Shown: positions 61,780-64,000 of the stretch, piece after piece
Layout: each line of letters begins with the position of its first letter
How positions within the stretch are numbered: the stretch's first letter is position 1
NCBI GenBank assembly: GCA_052327205.1
Contig: CM126206.1
Location: 284,580,001-284,644,000 of the forward strand
Length of the DNA stretch: 64,000 bases
DNA from: Somniosus microcephalus
Taxonomy: Eukaryota
Direction of reading: 5' to 3'
Made by a program: the position numbers and the translations under genes
Notes under the pieces: generated by a model
What the model saw: the letters and a program-made list of their open reading frames with translations, nothing else
Database searches by the model: none
What the model was told of the DNA's origin: nothing

Positions 61780-63175
61780 GGGCGTGGTAACAAGGCACTT
61801 GGAAAATCACTACAATTAGGCAGAGTCAACACTGTTTTATGAAAGGGAAATCATGTTTGGCAAATCTATTAGCGTTTTTGGAGGGTGTAACTAGCAGGGT
61901 AGATAAAGGGGAACCAATGGATTTAGTATATTTGGATTTTCAGAAGGCATTCGATAAGGTGCCACGCAAAAGAACGGGCTCAACGGGCCGAATGGCCGCC
62001 TTCCGTGCTGTAACCATTCTGTGAGGTTGTTACACAAGATTAGGGCTCATGGGATTGGGGGTAATATATTAGCATGGATTAAGAGTTGGTTACTCAACAG
62101 AAAACAGAGAGTAGGAATAATCGTGTCATTTTTGGGATGGCAGGGTATAACTAGTGGAGTGCTGCAAGGATCAGTGCTTGGGCCTCAGCTATTTACAATC
62201 TATCGCAATGACTTAGATGAGGGGACCGAGTGTAATATATCCAAGTTTGCTGATGATACAAAGCTAGGAGGGAAAGTAAGCTGTGAGGAAGATGTAAAGA
62301 GGCTGCAAAGGGTTGTAGACCAGTTAAGTGATTGGGCAAGAACGTGGCAGATGGAGTATAATGTGGGGAAGTGTGAAATTATCCGCTTTGGTTGAAAGAA
62401 TGGAAAACCAGAATATTTTTTAAAAGGTGAGAGACTAGTAAATGTTGGTATTCAGAGAAATTTGGATGTCCTTATACACAAATCACAGAAATTTAACCTG
62501 CAGGTACAGCAAGCAATTAGGAAGGCAAATGGTATGTTAGCCTTTATTGCAAGAGGGTTGGAGTATAAGAGTAAGGAAGTCTTGCTGCAATTATCTGGAG
62601 CTTTGATGGGACCACAAATGGAGTATTATATACAGTTTTGGTCTCCGTAACTGAGGATGGATATATCTGCCTTAGAGGGGGTGCAACGAAGGTTCACTAG
62701 ACTGATTCTTGGGATGAGAGGGATGCCCTATGAGGAGAGATTGAGTAGATTGGGCCTATATTCTCTGGAGTTTAGAATAATGAGAGGTGATCTCATTGAA
62801 ATGTATAAAATTCTTAGCGGGCTTGACACGGTAGAAACTGAGAGGCTGTTTCCCCTGTCTGGAGAGTCTAGAACTAGAGGTCATAGTCTCAGGATAAGGG
62901 GCCGGCCATTCAGGACTGAGCTGAGGAGAAATTTCTTCACTCGGGGTTGTGAATCTTTGAAATTCTCTACCCCATAGGGCTGTGGATGCTCAAGTCAATG
63001 AATATATTAAAGACTGAGATCGATAGATTTTTGGGCACTAAGGGAATCCAGGGATATGGGGATAGGGTGGGAAAGTGGAGTTGATGTAGAAGTTCAGCCA
63101 TGATCTTATTGCATGGCTGAGCAGGCTCGAGGGGCTGTCTGGTCCACTCCTGCCCCTAGTTCTTGTGTTCTTGTG
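61780..63175 (+). mobile_element. CR1 LINE 3' half, degenerate
   Basis: DFQKAFDKV and FADDTK with stops; CR1 tail. Confidence 0.92.
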
Positions 63176-63519
63176 TTTCACAATTTTTTAGTACTTTAAA
63201 CTGTAGTGAAAGATATTCCAAAATGCAAAGGGTTTTATATCAATTTAAGACAATTTGTTAATATAAAAAAACAGAAAATGGTGGTTATAATTTGATCAAC
63301 ACAAAAGGATTCATTTAACAGGAGTAAACAGATAAAAGGTTAAGAGAAGTGAATCCAATGACGAGTAAAGAATGGTTTTAGGAGGCCGAGAGACTGCGTG
63401 AGGTGATAGTCAGAGGGTGGGAGGAGGCTGCAGACCTGGTTGGAAGAGTTTATGTGAAGGGTGAGATTGAGTGAGAACAGGAGAGCAGAAAGAGCTTTCA
63501 TTTCTAAAGCAACCTTCTG

Positions 63520-63755
63520 TTGCCTCAGCCCTAAGCTCTGGAATTCCCTGCCTAAACCTCTCCGCCTCGCTTACCTCACTTTCCTCCTTTAAGACGCTCC
63601 CTAAAACTTACCTCTTTGACCAAGCTTTTGGTCACCTGCTCTAATTTATTCTTATGTGGCTCGGTGTCAAATTTTTTGTCTTAAAATACTCCTGTGCAGC
63701 GCCTTGGGATGTTTTACTACGTTAAAGGCGCTATATAAATACAAGTTGTTGTTGT
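63520..63755 (+). mobile_element. L2-type LINE 3' end, followed by a minus-strand Deu-SINE fragment to ~63945
   Basis: ggcgctatataaatacaagttgttgttg tail. Confidence 0.75.
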
Positions 63756-64000
63756 TTACATCATCAGGCCATCCGAAAGTACTTTAAAGCCAATTAATTA
63801 CTTTTGAAGTATAGTCATTGTCATATTAGGTGATCACTGCAGCCGATTTGTGCACGGCAAGGTGCAAAAACAGCAAATGAAATGATGAATCAGGTAATCT
63901 GTTTTTGGTAGTATTGGTTGAAGGATGAATTTTGGCCAGGACACCTGCCTTACCGTTCCAGTAATAATCTAGGTTTACCATATCACAGAAACCCCACAGT

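Overview
This is vertebrate genomic DNA, most likely from a cartilaginous fish (inferred from HE1/V-SINE, Deu-domain SINEs, abundant CR1 and Penelope-derived repeats). It holds two host genes on the + strand: the last three coding exons of AHRR (14087-17275) and the promoter plus first four coding exons of EXOC3 (~39880-57666), in the same order as human AHRR-EXOC3. The rest is dominated by mobile DNA: four Ty3/Gypsy (Mag-like) LTR elements, PIF/Harbinger derivatives, pogo/Tigger-like MITEs, CR1/L2 LINEs, SINEs and tandem repeats. The main find is a young 3.7-kb LTR element (28203-31905, minus strand; LTRs differ at ~3/257 nt; ATAGA TSD) nested inside another Gypsy. Its RT-RNaseH-integrase region is replaced, in the gag-protease frame, by intronless segments resembling three unrelated host proteins: the STK10/SLK coiled coil, the optineurin coiled coil and the DNAJC21 zinc finger. 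Also notable: this AHRR keeps AHR-like PAS-B exons, and one of them sits inside a ~229-bp inverted repeat. Protein homologies are recognised from memory of human sequences and need confirmation by search. Coordinates were counted by hand, and old-repeat boundaries are approximate.
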